DNA from: a virus
Taxonomy: Duplodnaviria; Caudoviricetes
IMG/VR virus record: IMGVR_UViG_3300036861_000578
Coordinates: 1-52,740 of that record
Direction: 5' to 3' (one strand)
DNA: 52,740 nt
Each line of letters opens with the position of its first letter. Positions within the stretch are counted from its first letter, which is position 1. The translations under genes and the position numbers were made by a program. Below, piece after piece: positions 1-10,411 of the stretch. The notes beneath the pieces were generated by a model. It searched no databases. It was not told the origin of the DNA and saw only the letters and a list, made by a program, of their open reading frames with translations.

Positions 1-36
1 GTGGTGCGGGTTGTGTAGCGGCCGTGGGGGGGGACC

Positions 37-411
37 TTGGCTAGGGGTCCGGTGGAGCGCGCGACCCGCCGCGATGTGAAAGCCCTCGGCGACCTGGCCG
101 GCGTGCAGCGGTCGCTGGCTGAGGCCGCGTACAACCTCGCGAAGACCCTCGACGATGGTGCCGGTCTGGCGACGGCGGCGGTCGCTCGGGAACTACGGGC
201 GACCCTGCTCACGTTGAAGGAGGCCGGCGGTGTCGGTGCTGCTACAGACGCCCTCGCCGACGCGTTGTCCTCCCCGATGGACGACCCCGCGATCCCCCGA
301 GCGGCGCACGCTGGGCGGGAGGGTGGCGCAGGTGGCGGCGGCGTTGGGGACGCCGCTGATGCCGTGGCAGCGGCACGTCGCCGACGTCGCGCTGGAGGTC
401 CATCCGTCTAG
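37..411 (+). CDS. putative terminase small subunit
   Basis: First gene of the window, overlaps the large terminase; helical 124-aa protein; called from position. Confidence 0.6.
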   Translation: MARGPVERATRRDVKALGDLAGVQRSLAEAAYNLAKTLDDGAGLATAAVARELRATLLTLKEAGGVGAATDALADALSSPMDDPAIPRAAHAGREGGAGGGGVGDAADAVAAARRRRRAGGPSV

Positions 412-1717
412 CGGGCGGCTGGTGTACCGGCGGGTCGTGCTGACGGTTCCCCGGCAGTCGGGCAAGACGACCGAGCTGCTGTCGGTGATGGTGCATCGGG
501 CGCAGGCGTGGCAGCGGCAGCGGATCACCTACACGGCGCAGACGCGGTTGAAGGCCCGGAAGAAGTGGGACGAGGAGCACGTGCCGGTGCTGGAGGCGTC
601 CCGGTTCCGGCCGTTGTTCCGGGTGACCCGGCAGATCGGACAGGAGGGTATCCGCTGGCGCAACGGCAGCATCCACAGTCTTGACGCGCCGTCGGAGGAG
701 GCTTCCCATGGGGACACGCTCGACCTGGGCGTGATCGACGAGGCGTTCGCGCAGGTGGACGCGCGGGTTGAGCAGGGCATGGCACCGGCGATGATTACCC
801 GGCCGCAGCCGCAGCTGTGGGTCGTGTCGACCGCGGGGAAGTCGAAGGCGGCGTCGCCATATCTGTGGGGGAAGGTCGAGGCTGGCCGCCTCGCCGCTGA
901 AGCAGGGATCACGTCGGGGGTCGCCTATTTTGAGTGGTCGGCTCCGAACGATGCGGACCCGTCCGACCCGGCGACGTGGTGGGCGTGTATGCCGGCACTC
1001 GGCCATACGATCACCGAGGAGGCGATCCGGGCCGAGTTTCAGGATATGGCGCTGCCGGAGTTCCGCCGCGCGTATCTGAACCAGTGGTTGGACGAGACCC
1101 CGGCCGAGTGGCTGGTGATCGGGCAGACCGCGTGGCAGGGGCTCAAGGACCCGGCCAGCCAAATCGTTGACCGGCCGGCGTTCGCGGTTCACATGAGCCG
1201 GGATCGGACCTGGGCGTCGATCGGGGCGGCCGGGTGCCGCGCTGACGGCCTGCGGCATGTGGAGTCGGTCGAGAACCGCCGCGGCAGCGGTTGGGTTGTG
1301 CCCTGGCTGAAGGAACGGGTCGACCGGGCCGACCAGTGGTCGCCGTGCGTCATTGTCATTGCGCCGTCCGGTCCGGCGGTGTCGCTGATCGCTGAGGCTG
1401 AGGCGGTCGGCTTGGAGATCCTGAAGCCTGGCATTCCCGAGGTCGCCGCTGCTACGGGAGCGTTCTACGACGCCAGCGGCGCGAACCCCGAGGTGGATGA
1501 GCCGGCGAGCATGCGGCACCTCGGCCAGCCTGTCCTTGACCTTGCGGTGGCGGGCGCGACCCGCCGGGAGCTCGGCGACCGGTGGCTGTGGAACCAGGAA
1601 ACCGCGTCTGTGGATATCTCGCCGCTGATGGCGGTGACCCTGGCCGCGTGGGGTCACGCCACAAGGGCGCACCTCGAGGACTCGAACGTATCGGAGCCGT
1701 GGGCAGCATGGCAGTAG
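230..1717 (+). CDS. terL: terminase large subunit
   Basis: Walker A VPRQSGKTT, Walker B LGVIDEAF, VVSTAG motif, C-terminal nuclease region (DISPLMA); the true start may lie further downstream. Confidence 0.93.
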   Translation: MSVLLQTPSPTRCPPRWTTPRSPERRTLGGRVAQVAAALGTPLMPWQRHVADVALEVHPSSGRLVYRRVVLTVPRQSGKTTELLSVMVHRAQAWQRQRITYTAQTRLKARKKWDEEHVPVLEASRFRPLFRVTRQIGQEGIRWRNGSIHSLDAPSEEASHGDTLDLGVIDEAFAQVDARVEQGMAPAMITRPQPQLWVVSTAGKSKAASPYLWGKVEAGRLAAEAGITSGVAYFEWSAPNDADPSDPATWWACMPALGHTITEEAIRAEFQDMALPEFRRAYLNQWLDETPAEWLVIGQTAWQGLKDPASQIVDRPAFAVHMSRDRTWASIGAAGCRADGLRHVESVENRRGSGWVVPWLKERVDRADQWSPCVIVIAPSGPAVSLIAEAEAVGLEILKPGIPEVAAATGAFYDASGANPEVDEPASMRHLGQPVLDLAVAGATRRELGDRWLWNQETASVDISPLMAVTLAAWGHATRAHLEDSNVSEPWAAWQ

Positions 1718-1959
1718 CGTTTCCGATCGACCTGCTCGGCGGGCTGCGGCAACGCTGGACCGCGGCCGCGATCGCCGCGTGGGTTCGCGCCCGCAGCGCC
1801 TCCCGGGTCGCCCGCGCCCGGGTCGGCTATGCCGCCGGCCTCACCACGTCAGCGTGGGGTGTTGGGGTGCTGTGGGGGTTCGGGTGGACCCTCATCGTCG
1901 GCGGGATCGCGTGTTCGGTATCGTTCCTGCTGCTCTATGACGTGGATGGTTCTCGTTGA
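1708..1959 (+). CDS. small membrane protein
   Basis: ATG overlaps the terL end; two hydrophobic segments; lies between terL and portal. Confidence 0.55.
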   Translation: MAVAFPIDLLGGLRQRWTAAAIAAWVRARSASRVARARVGYAAGLTTSAWGVGVLWGFGWTLIVGGIACSVSFLLLYDVDGSR

Positions 1960-3470
1960 CGAACCTGTTGCAGCATTCCCGCCGCGGGCTGGTGTGGCCG
2001 TTCCCGACCGAGGCGATGGAGGGGTTCTCCTATGGCGGGTCGACCTACTTCGGGCTTGCCGGCGCTGGGCAGCCGAACGAGGAGAATATCGAGGCGAACT
2101 TCGCCGGCCTGGTCGACGGCGCGTTCAAGCACAACGCGGTTGTGTTCGCCTGCGAGTTGAAGCGGCTGTCGATCTTCTCCGAGGCGTGGTTCGTCTTCCA
2201 GGGCTTCAACGCGGGCAAACCCGGCCGGCTGTTCTCCACCCCGGCACTGGACATCCTCGAGGAGCCGTGGCCGCGTGGGGTGACGGGGGATCTGCTGTCG
2301 CGGATGCTCGCCCACGCCGACCCGGGCGGCAACGCCTACGTCGCGCGGACGATGGACCAGCCGGACCGGCTGCGGATGATGCGGCCGGACTGGGTCACGA
2401 TCGTCATGGGCGACTCCAGCGGACAGCCGGTGCAGACCGCAGCGCAGCTGGACGCGGAGATCATCGGGTTCATCTACGACCCGAAGGACGGGCAGACGCA
2501 GCCGGAGGCGCTGACCGCGGAGGAGGTCGCCCATTTCGCGCCGATCCCCGACCCGCTGGCGCGCTACCGCGGGATGTCGTGGCTGACGCCGGTGGTGCGG
2601 GAGATCCTCGGCGACCAGGCCGCGACCGAGCACAAGCTGGGATTCTTCGCCAACGGCGCGACACCGCAGCTGGTCGTGTCGTTCGACACCAGCGTGAGCT
2701 CCGAAGCGTTCCAGAACTTCGTCGCCAAGATGGAACGAACCCATTCGGGCTGGCAGAACGCCTACAAGACGCTCTATCTGGGTGGCGGCGCGGATGTGAC
2801 CGTCGCGGGCAAGGACCTGCAGCAGCTCGACTTCAGCAAGACCCAAGGCAAGGGCGAAACTCGGATCGCGGCGGCGTCGGGGATCCACCCGGTTATCGCG
2901 GGCCTGTCGGAGGGATTGCAGGGATCATCGCTGAACGCGGGGAACTTCAACGCGGCTCGGCGGATCACCGCCGATACGACGATGAAGCCGCTGTGGCGCA
3001 ACGCCTGCGGATCCTTACAGACGATCGTGCCACCGCCGAACTCGGGCGCGCGGCTGTGGTACGACGAGAGCCAGATCGCGTTCCTGCGGGAGGACGCCGC
3101 CGACCGCGCCCAGGTCCAGTTCGTCAAGGCGCAGACGATCCGCCAGTACGTCGAGGCAGGGTTTGAGCCCGCGACGGCGGTGGAGGCGGCCAACGCCGAG
3201 GATGAGACCCTCCTCAAGCACACCGGCCTGACGAGCGTACAACTCATCCGACCCGGCGAAGGCGACGGGCAGACCGCACAGACGCCCGCCGAGGAGGCCC
3301 GCAACCTCGTTGAGATGGTCCAGAAGGTCTACCTCGGGGTTGGCGTAGTCCTGTCGGCTGAGGAGGCCCGCGGGCTGCTGAACCAGGCCGGCGCAGACCT
3401 CTCCCCCAGCGGGTTGCGCGCCATCGCGGCCGGTAACGGCAAACCGCCGATTCCCGCCGGGATGGGCTGA
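1956..3470 (+). CDS. HK97-family portal protein
   Basis: GNAYV, YRGMSWL, FFANGATP and RIAAASGIHP portal motifs; position after terL. Confidence 0.92.
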   Translation: MTNLLQHSRRGLVWPFPTEAMEGFSYGGSTYFGLAGAGQPNEENIEANFAGLVDGAFKHNAVVFACELKRLSIFSEAWFVFQGFNAGKPGRLFSTPALDILEEPWPRGVTGDLLSRMLAHADPGGNAYVARTMDQPDRLRMMRPDWVTIVMGDSSGQPVQTAAQLDAEIIGFIYDPKDGQTQPEALTAEEVAHFAPIPDPLARYRGMSWLTPVVREILGDQAATEHKLGFFANGATPQLVVSFDTSVSSEAFQNFVAKMERTHSGWQNAYKTLYLGGGADVTVAGKDLQQLDFSKTQGKGETRIAAASGIHPVIAGLSEGLQGSSLNAGNFNAARRITADTTMKPLWRNACGSLQTIVPPPNSGARLWYDESQIAFLREDAADRAQVQFVKAQTIRQYVEAGFEPATAVEAANAEDETLLKHTGLTSVQLIRPGEGDGQTAQTPAEEARNLVEMVQKVYLGVGVVLSAEEARGLLNQAGADLSPSGLRAIAAGNGKPPIPAGMG

Positions 3471-3473
3471 GCA

Positions 3474-4907
3474 GTGCCCTGGCATGTTGCCGAGACGGCG
3501 GAGTGCCCGGCGTCCAAACCCTACGGCGTCATCAAGGATGCTGACGGGTCGGTCGATGGCCGATGCCACGCCACCCGCGAACAAGCCAACAAGCAGATGG
3601 CCGCCCTGTACGCGGCCGAGCCGCAAGCCTCAAGGAGGGCAGCCGTGGCCGTGTCGAACCGGCCCTGGTCGGACTTCACCCAGGCCGACTACACCGATGA
3701 GCAGTGGGCCCGCGCCTGCCTGATCGATACTGGCCAAGGCGAAGGCAAGCAGCGTTATAGCCTGCCGGTACGTGAACCCGGCGGGACGCTGAACCGCAAC
3801 GCCGTCCACAACGCCGCTGCCCGCCTCAACCAGGTCCAGGCACCAGCAGAGAAGAAGACGGCCGCCGCGCGGGCGCTGGTCCGCCTCTACGGCGAACTGG
3901 ACGAGGAACCACCCGACAGCCTGCGGCAGATGGCCGGCCAGAGCAGCAGTCGCGACGGTCAGCTGCTGGCCGGCCCCCATCTCTATGTCCGGTCGTTCCC
4001 GCTGGAGGACATCCGTATCCGCTCCGGCGGCGACGGCCGCACCGTCGAAGCCTACGCCGCCGTGTTCGACACTCCCGCGGAGATCCACGACCAGGACGGC
4101 CACTACACCGAGGTGAACGACCGGGTCATGTTCAACCGGGCCATCTCGGACGCCGCTCCCGCCGGCAGCCGCACCGGCTGGCGGGTGCGGGTGTTCTACA
4201 ACCACGCCCGCACGATCTACGGCACCCCATCCGAACGCGGGTCGATGCCGATCGGGACGCCGCTGGAGATCAAGGCCGACACCCGCGGCCTGCTCACCGT
4301 GACCCGCTACCACCGCACCGCGCTGGCTGATGAGGCGCTGGAGCTCATCCGCGAAGGCGCAATCGACGGGTACAGCTTCCAGGGCATGTACCTGCGGTCC
4401 TCGGCGACGGACACGGCTGGTCGGCCGATCACCCGTATCCCCCGCGGCGGGTTCCGCCCCGACCCGGCCGGCAAGCTGGTGACAGTACGGCGGATGGAGT
4501 CGACCCTCAAGGAGTACGGCCCGACCCCGTTCCCCGCCTACGTTGAGGCGGGCGTGGTCGGGATGCGCGCCGAGGCTGCCGCGCTGCTGTTGAGCGGCCT
4601 CGCCCCCGGCGAGCGTGCGCAACTCGCCGAACTGATCCGGGATGGCGCTCCCCCCGACGCTCCAGCCGAAGAGGCGGATTCGTCGGACGACCAGTCATCC
4701 CCCGACGCTCCCGACGATGGATCGGGACTCGTCGCCGACGACCCGCCCTCGGAACAGACCGAGGCGCACTCGAGCCGGCATGCCCTGCTGCAGCGGATCG
4801 CTGCGGCGAAGACGACTCGGCCGGGCCTGGCCCACGACCCGTACGTGGAGACGCTCCGCGAGCGGGCCCGCCAGATCGCCCGGCCGAAGGAAGGCGGCTC
4901 CGAGTGA
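3474..4907 (+). CDS. HK97-type prohead protease with a long N-terminal extension
   Basis: VEAYAAVFD, FYNH, GYSFQG and EYGPTPFPAY protease motifs; about 170 aa of extra N-terminal sequence. Confidence 0.85.
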   Translation: MPWHVAETAECPASKPYGVIKDADGSVDGRCHATREQANKQMAALYAAEPQASRRAAVAVSNRPWSDFTQADYTDEQWARACLIDTGQGEGKQRYSLPVREPGGTLNRNAVHNAAARLNQVQAPAEKKTAAARALVRLYGELDEEPPDSLRQMAGQSSSRDGQLLAGPHLYVRSFPLEDIRIRSGGDGRTVEAYAAVFDTPAEIHDQDGHYTEVNDRVMFNRAISDAAPAGSRTGWRVRVFYNHARTIYGTPSERGSMPIGTPLEIKADTRGLLTVTRYHRTALADEALELIREGAIDGYSFQGMYLRSSATDTAGRPITRIPRGGFRPDPAGKLVTVRRMESTLKEYGPTPFPAYVEAGVVGMRAEAAALLLSGLAPGERAQLAELIRDGAPPDAPAEEADSSDDQSSPDAPDDGSGLVADDPPSEQTEAHSSRHALLQRIAAAKTTRPGLAHDPYVETLRERARQIARPKEGGSE

Positions 4908-6301
4908 ACCTGCAAGACATCGTGAAGCGGCAGGAGGCGATCCGCGCCGAGCTGCAGACGATCGAGAAGAACCCGGCCTCCACCGAGGAGACCGACAGCG
5001 ACTACGTCGACACCCTCATCGGTGAGTTCGACGCGTTGGAGGAGCGCCGCAAGCCGCTGGCGGCTCGCGCGCAGAAGCTGAACCTCATCAGCGTCGCCGC
5101 CAAGGACCAGCCGGACGCCACCGAGGACGGCTCCGACCGTCAGGCGCCCGAGCAGATCTACCGCAACCGCCGCGACCCGTTCGACGCGATGGAGTCGGTG
5201 CGTTCCTCCGGCCCGACCGGGCTGCTGCCCGCCGGCGAGATCCGCTCCCGCGCGCAGGACGCGATCGAATGGGTCGGCCGCGCCGGGTTCGTCGACTTCC
5301 CCCACGATCACGCCGAACGGGCCAGCCAGCTCGTCACCAGCGTCCCGGGCGTCGCCAAGCACGTCCTGCTCACCGGCAGCCAGGAGTACTTCGAGGCGTT
5401 CCGGTCCTACCTCGCAGACCCCGAGGGGATGAGCCAGCGTGCCACCACCCTCGGCACCGGCAGCTTGGGCTTCATGCTCCCGTTCGTCCTAGATCCCACG
5501 ATCATCCTCACCAACGCCGGCAGCTCCAACCCCTACCGGCGGGTGTCGCGGGTGGAACAGACCACCAGTGTCGACTGGAATGGGGTCTCCTCGGCGGGTG
5601 TGAACGCCGCGTTCGTCGGTGAGGCGGTCGCTGCTAGCGATGCCTCCCCGACCGTCGGGCAGATCAAGATCACCCCCAAGCGGGCGCAGGCGTGGGTCTT
5701 CGGTAGCTATGAGTCGCTGGAGGACTCCAACCTCGGCACGCAGCTTCCCCGGCTGTTCGGCGACGCGAAGGACCGGCTGGAGGAGTCGGCGTTCTCCACC
5801 GGGGTCGGCACCGGCAACATCCCGCAGGGTGCGATGACTGCCGCGACGACCGGGAACACCGCCGCCGCGACCGCGTACGCCGTCGGCGACGTCTACACCC
5901 TGCAGGGTCGGCTCGGGCCGCGGTTCCGCAGCTCGCGGTCGACGGCATGGATGGCCAACCTCTTCTACATCAACAAGACCCGCCAGTTCGACACCTCCGG
6001 CGGTGCTGCATTCCTGGTCAACCTGGGTCAGGGCACCCCGAACATCCTGCTCGGCCAGCCCCTCTACGAATCCAGCTCGCTCTCGTCGGCGACCGGTTCC
6101 GGCTCCAAGGTCCTGCTGTACGGCGACTTCGAGCAGTATATAATTGTGGACAGAGTGGGCATGCGGGTTCTTTATAACCCAATGGTCACAGCGGCCGCAA
6201 CGGCCAACTTGCCCACCGCGGAAGCAGGCTGGTTCGCATACTGGCGCGTTGGCGCAGGGGTCAGTACTGCCAACGCTCTTCAGGCGCTGCTCATCCAGTA
6301 G
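4904..6301 (+). CDS. HK97-fold major capsid protein
   Basis: N-terminal coiled-coil delta domain; LLGQPLYES, LYGDFEQYIIVDRVG and FAYWRVG motifs. Confidence 0.92.
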   Translation: MNLQDIVKRQEAIRAELQTIEKNPASTEETDSDYVDTLIGEFDALEERRKPLAARAQKLNLISVAAKDQPDATEDGSDRQAPEQIYRNRRDPFDAMESVRSSGPTGLLPAGEIRSRAQDAIEWVGRAGFVDFPHDHAERASQLVTSVPGVAKHVLLTGSQEYFEAFRSYLADPEGMSQRATTLGTGSLGFMLPFVLDPTIILTNAGSSNPYRRVSRVEQTTSVDWNGVSSAGVNAAFVGEAVAASDASPTVGQIKITPKRAQAWVFGSYESLEDSNLGTQLPRLFGDAKDRLEESAFSTGVGTGNIPQGAMTAATTGNTAAATAYAVGDVYTLQGRLGPRFRSSRSTAWMANLFYINKTRQFDTSGGAAFLVNLGQGTPNILLGQPLYESSSLSSATGSGSKVLLYGDFEQYIIVDRVGMRVLYNPMVTAAATANLPTAEAGWFAYWRVGAGVSTANALQALLIQ

Positions 6302-6421
6302 CTACTGTCCTGGCGGGTTGGTGACCGCGCGCGAGTAGCTGCTCTTCCACTCACCCACCAATCCGGTCCCCGGGGCGCGCTGTTTCCCATGCGGCGCGCC
6401 CCGGGTCATGGGAGGCCAACC

Positions 6422-7447
6422 TTGCCCCTCTCCGAACCCACCGACCAGCTCACGATCCTCGGCTACCCCCATCAGGCTGACGGGTCCGGCTACTACCGGT
6501 TCTATCTGCCCTACCAGCATCTCGCCCGCGGCACCCATCACCGTATCCTGCTGCCCGAACCGGGGACGAAGTTCACCCCCAACGATGAGCAGACCGAAGA
6601 GATCGACATGATCGTCGGGCAGCGGTTCAGCGGCCCGGATTCGGTTCCGCTGTGGAGCCGCTGGAAGGACAAGGCCAAGCTCGTCTACGAGATCGACGAT
6701 GACGTGCTCCAGCCGGACACCTGGAGCGGCATGGCGGTCTGGTTCGACCCGCTGTGGCGCGACTCCTGCGTCGAGTGTCTCAGGATGAGCGATCTAGTGA
6801 CGGTCTCAACGGAGCCGCTGGCCGAGCGGATGCGCCAGTACAACCCCAACGTCAAGGTCGTGCCCAACCACATCGACGCGGATGCGCTGTATGTTGACCG
6901 GCCGCGGCGGGACCGCCTTGTTGTCGGCTGGTCGGGTGGGATGAGTCACCTGCGCGATTGGATGGATGTGGCCGACCCGGTCCGGGAGGTCCTGACCGCC
7001 CATTCGCAGGTCGATATGCATTTCCTCGGGATCGACTATTCCCCGGTGCTCAAACTGGACCGCCCATGCCGGTACACGCCATGGAAGCCGGACGTCTGGT
7101 CGTTCTTCAAGGCCAACGACTTCGACATCGGCCTGGCGCCGCTCGCGCCGACCCCGTTCAACGACAGCAAGTCCCACATCCGCGCGCTCGAGTACATGGC
7201 CTTGGGGATCCCCGTGATCGCGGCGGACCGGCCCGCCTACCGCGACCTCGTCATCGACGGCGTCACCGGCTACCTCGTCTCCACCGCTGAGGAATGGGCG
7301 GCACGGTTGCGGGAGCTCATCAACGATGAGGCCGCCCGCGACGAGCTCGGTGCCAAGGGACGGCAGGTCGCGCAGGGCTGGACGATCCAGACCGGTTGGA
7401 AGCTGTGGCGTGACGCCTATGAGGAGGTCGCTGGATGGCCAAGCTGA
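6422..7447 (+). CDS. glycosyltransferase, GT-B (GT4-like)
   Basis: YEIDDD, VTVSTEPLA, DIGLAPL and KSHIRALEYMALGIPVIA motifs; GGAGG precedes TTG 6422. Confidence 0.88.
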   Translation: MPLSEPTDQLTILGYPHQADGSGYYRFYLPYQHLARGTHHRILLPEPGTKFTPNDEQTEEIDMIVGQRFSGPDSVPLWSRWKDKAKLVYEIDDDVLQPDTWSGMAVWFDPLWRDSCVECLRMSDLVTVSTEPLAERMRQYNPNVKVVPNHIDADALYVDRPRRDRLVVGWSGGMSHLRDWMDVADPVREVLTAHSQVDMHFLGIDYSPVLKLDRPCRYTPWKPDVWSFFKANDFDIGLAPLAPTPFNDSKSHIRALEYMALGIPVIAADRPAYRDLVIDGVTGYLVSTAEEWAARLRELINDEAARDELGAKGRQVAQGWTIQTGWKLWRDAYEEVAGWPS

Positions 7448-7626
7448 TGCGGGCTGCGCAGTCGTACTGGGCAGGGAACAACTTCGTCGCGGAGAACAAG
7501 GTCATGCACGAGGGTGACCCGGACATGATCGCGGACTACTGCGAGGAGTTCACCCTGCCCGAATCTCCAGCAGCGCCGGAGGAACCCAAGCGGGGCCCGG
7601 GGCGGCCCCCGAAGGCGCAGGGGTAG
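7435..7626 (+). CDS. small protein with a C-terminal AT-hook-like motif (KRGPGRPPK)
   Basis: Overlaps the GT stop; basic GRP motif. Confidence 0.6.
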   Translation: MAKLMRAAQSYWAGNNFVAENKVMHEGDPDMIADYCEEFTLPESPAAPEEPKRGPGRPPKAQG

Positions 7627-7730
7627 CCAGGGACTGGCGATAGGAGCCCGCTTCCCGGCGGGTGAGCGCAGGCGGGTTACCTCCGTGGCCCGCCTGCGCG
7701 CTCAAGGGACACGGAGGAGACGGAGGAACC

Positions 7731-7961
7731 ATGGGACCCAAGATGATCCATAGCCGGAGCTTCTGGCAGGCGCTGGTTGACGCGGGCGTGTTCCGCGAGG
7801 ACGAGAAGATCCTCCGCTGCATCATCGACATGAAGGCCGGCGAAGCGGTCGTCATGCACATCCAGCGATGGGGCGACGAGCGGCTGCTCGAAGTCGACCT
7901 GGCGATGCTCAAGGAAGCTGAGATCCGCGAGGTCGGCAAGGACGGTAACGATGCGCCGTGA
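7731..7961 (+). CDS. hypothetical protein
   Basis: GGAGG RBS before the ATG; overlaps the next gene. Confidence 0.6.
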   Translation: MGPKMIHSRSFWQALVDAGVFREDEKILRCIIDMKAGEAVVMHIQRWGDERLLEVDLAMLKEAEIREVGKDGNDAP

Positions 7962-9219
7962 GGTCTGCGGTGGCTGCGGCGCCGACCAACTCGAACCCTT
8001 CCTCGACCTCGACAAGACCCCCCTCGCCGACCGGTTCCCCGCCACCGAAGATGAACCGGAGCCGACATTCCCGCTTGAGTTGGCGGTGTGCCGGTCATGC
8101 TGGTTGGTGCAGCTTCTGGAGGTCGTCGACGACGATCTGCTGTTCGGGGCCGACTACGGGTTCTACTCGGGTACGTCGCCGTCGAAGGTCGCCGAGCACG
8201 AGGCACTCGCCGCTGAGCTGCTGACCGCGTACCCGGACCAGGCGAAGCGGCTGACGGTCGAGGTCGGCTGCAACGACGGCGACCTGCTGCGCCACTTCAA
8301 GGCGGCTGGTTGTGACACCTTCGGGGTCGATCCTGCGAAGGGACCTGTAGAAGTCGCTCGCGACCGAGGGCTCGACGTGGCCCTGGGAGCGTTTGGGCGC
8401 CACTCGTCCATGGCACGCGCTATGGCCGGCAAAGCTGGGCTGGTCATCGCCCGGAACGTCGCCGCGCACGTCGCCGACCTCGACGACTTCTTCGGCGGCA
8501 TCCATGATCTGCTCGCCCCCGACGGTGTCGCCGTGGTCGAGGTGCAGTACCTGCCGGACCTGCTGCTCGGCAATCAGTTCGACCACGTCTACCACGAGCA
8601 CCGGTTCTACTTCTCGGCCGGGTCGCTGAGTGAAATCCTCAGCCGGCATGGCCTCTGGGCCTATGACGTGCAGCACACACAAGCCCAAGGTGGCAGCGTG
8701 CGGATTGCCGCCGGGAAAGCCCACGGGCATGGTGACGCGTGGGTGAATTACTGGCGTCAGGAATCGTGGCTGCGAAACCAGACCGCCTACGAGAACTTCC
8801 AGGGCCGCACCGAATACCTCCGATCCCGCCTGCTCGACCTGCTCGACGAGGTGCTGAACCCGGGCGCCACGATCGCCGGGTACGGCGCGACGGCGAAGTC
8901 GACGACGCTGTTGAACTGGTGCGGGATTGGTCGGCCGATCCTGCCGTACATCGAGGACACCACCCCGACGAAGATCGGCCGGTACTCCCCAGGGATGCGG
9001 ATCCCGATCGTCGCACCACCCAAACAAGATGACATCAAGCGGATTTGGCCCTTTGGACCGGGGCAGGTGGTAGAGGTCACCGGGCTAGACCACGCCTATC
9101 CGGATGTGTACCTCCTCCTGCTCTGGAACGACCTGGCGGGCGTCCTACGCCGCGAGCGTGAGTTCCTCGACCGGGGCGGCCGGTTCCTGGTCCCGATTCC
9201 GGTCCCGGTGCTGCTGTGA
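7951..9219 (+). CDS. NDP-hexose C-methyltransferase (TylCIII/EryBIII-like, Zn-binding)
   Basis: CxxC...CxxC N-terminus, SAM motif VEVGCNDG, FDHVYHEH, GYGATAKS and KIGRYSPG...IPI motifs. Confidence 0.85.
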   Translation: MRREVCGGCGADQLEPFLDLDKTPLADRFPATEDEPEPTFPLELAVCRSCWLVQLLEVVDDDLLFGADYGFYSGTSPSKVAEHEALAAELLTAYPDQAKRLTVEVGCNDGDLLRHFKAAGCDTFGVDPAKGPVEVARDRGLDVALGAFGRHSSMARAMAGKAGLVIARNVAAHVADLDDFFGGIHDLLAPDGVAVVEVQYLPDLLLGNQFDHVYHEHRFYFSAGSLSEILSRHGLWAYDVQHTQAQGGSVRIAAGKAHGHGDAWVNYWRQESWLRNQTAYENFQGRTEYLRSRLLDLLDEVLNPGATIAGYGATAKSTTLLNWCGIGRPILPYIEDTTPTKIGRYSPGMRIPIVAPPKQDDIKRIWPFGPGQVVEVTGLDHAYPDVYLLLLWNDLAGVLRREREFLDRGGRFLVPIPVPVLL

Positions 9220-9461
9220 CCCGCTACCGGATCCCGGTCGCGGTCGAGGTGCTGGTGGCACCCAACCTGGAACTGCCGCGCGGGATGCTGATCGCCGCTA
9301 CCGGCGAGCCAGATCGTTATGGGGTGTGTCTGGTCGAGGTCGAAGACGACGATGCCCCGGCGGACCTTGAAGGGAAGACACTCTCGCCGACGTTCACGAA
9401 GAACTCCGTCACGGGCGAAGTGACCATCGCCGACTATGGCGAGCCGGTGAACTACCCATGA
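9216..9461 (+). CDS. hypothetical protein
   Basis: 4-bp overlaps with both neighbours. Confidence 0.55.
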   Translation: MTRYRIPVAVEVLVAPNLELPRGMLIAATGEPDRYGVCLVEVEDDDAPADLEGKTLSPTFTKNSVTGEVTIADYGEPVNYP

Positions 9462-10411
9462 GAGCCCTCATCACGGGCGTCACCGGCCAGGACGGCTCCT
9501 ACCTGGCCGAGCAGCTCACCGCGGATGGCCATGACGTGTTCGGGCTGGTCCGTGGCCAGGCGAACTTGAAACGCGGATGGATTCAGCAGTTGGTGCCTTC
9601 CCTCCAGTTGCTGGATGGCGACCTGCTCGACCAGTCGTCTCTGGTGGACGCCCTCCAGGCCACCAAGCCCGACGTGGTGTTCAACCTCGGCGCGGTCACC
9701 TATGTCGGCATGAGCTGGCAGCAGCCGACGCTGATGACGGAGGTCACCGGCCTCGGCGTGCTGCGGCTGCTGGAGGCGATCCGGCAGGTCGACCCGGCCA
9801 TCCGTCTGGTCCAGGCCAGCTCGAGCGAGATGTTCGGCAGCGCGCCGGCGCCGCAGAACGAGCTGACACCGTTCCGGCCCCGCTCGCCGTACGGGGTCGC
9901 CAAGGCGTTCGCGCACCATACAACCGTCAACTACCGCGAGTCCTACGGGCTGCACGCGTCCACGGCGATCATGTTCAACCATGAGAGCCCGCGGCGCGGG
10001 GAGGAGTTCGTCACCCGCAAGATTACCCGCGCGGTCGCCCGAATCGCCGCCGGCCAGCAAACCGAACTCGGCCTCGGTAACCTCGACGCCCGCCGCGACT
10101 GGGGCTGGGCCCCCGACTATGTGACGGCGCTGCCGCTGATCGCCGAACAGGATCGCCCTGGTGACTATGTCCTAGCAACTGGGGAATCCCACACCGTTCG
10201 GGAGCTCGTCGAGGTCGCATTCGGGCGGGCCGCGCTGAATTGGCGCGACCATATCCGGCTCGACCTCGCGGCCTGCCGACCTGCCGACGTTGCCCATCTG
10301 CAGGGCAATCCGATGTACGCGGCGAAGCAGCTGGGTTGGCAAGCCACGGCCCGGTTCCGCGGAATCGTCGAGTGGCTGGTCGCCCACGACCTGCAGCAGC
10401 TGGCAGCGTGA
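9458..10411 (+). CDS. gmd: GDP-mannose 4,6-dehydratase
   Basis: ITGVTGQDGSYLAE, QASSSEMFG, SPYGVAK, FNHESPRRG..FVTRKI and GNLDARRDWG motifs. Confidence 0.95.
   Translation: MRALITGVTGQDGSYLAEQLTADGHDVFGLVRGQANLKRGWIQQLVPSLQLLDGDLLDQSSLVDALQATKPDVVFNLGAVTYVGMSWQQPTLMTEVTGLGVLRLLEAIRQVDPAIRLVQASSSEMFGSAPAPQNELTPFRPRSPYGVAKAFAHHTTVNYRESYGLHASTAIMFNHESPRRGEEFVTRKITRAVARIAAGQQTELGLGNLDARRDWGWAPDYVTALPLIAEQDRPGDYVLATGESHTVRELVEVAFGRAALNWRDHIRLDLAACRPADVAHLQGNPMYAAKQLGWQATARFRGIVEWLVAHDLQQLAA

Noticed and set aside
1955-1964. GTTGACGAAC at the portal start matches the centre of the predicted target of TIGR unit 1
   Set aside because: Only 10 contiguous bp match and the flanks do not, so chance is a sufficient explanation
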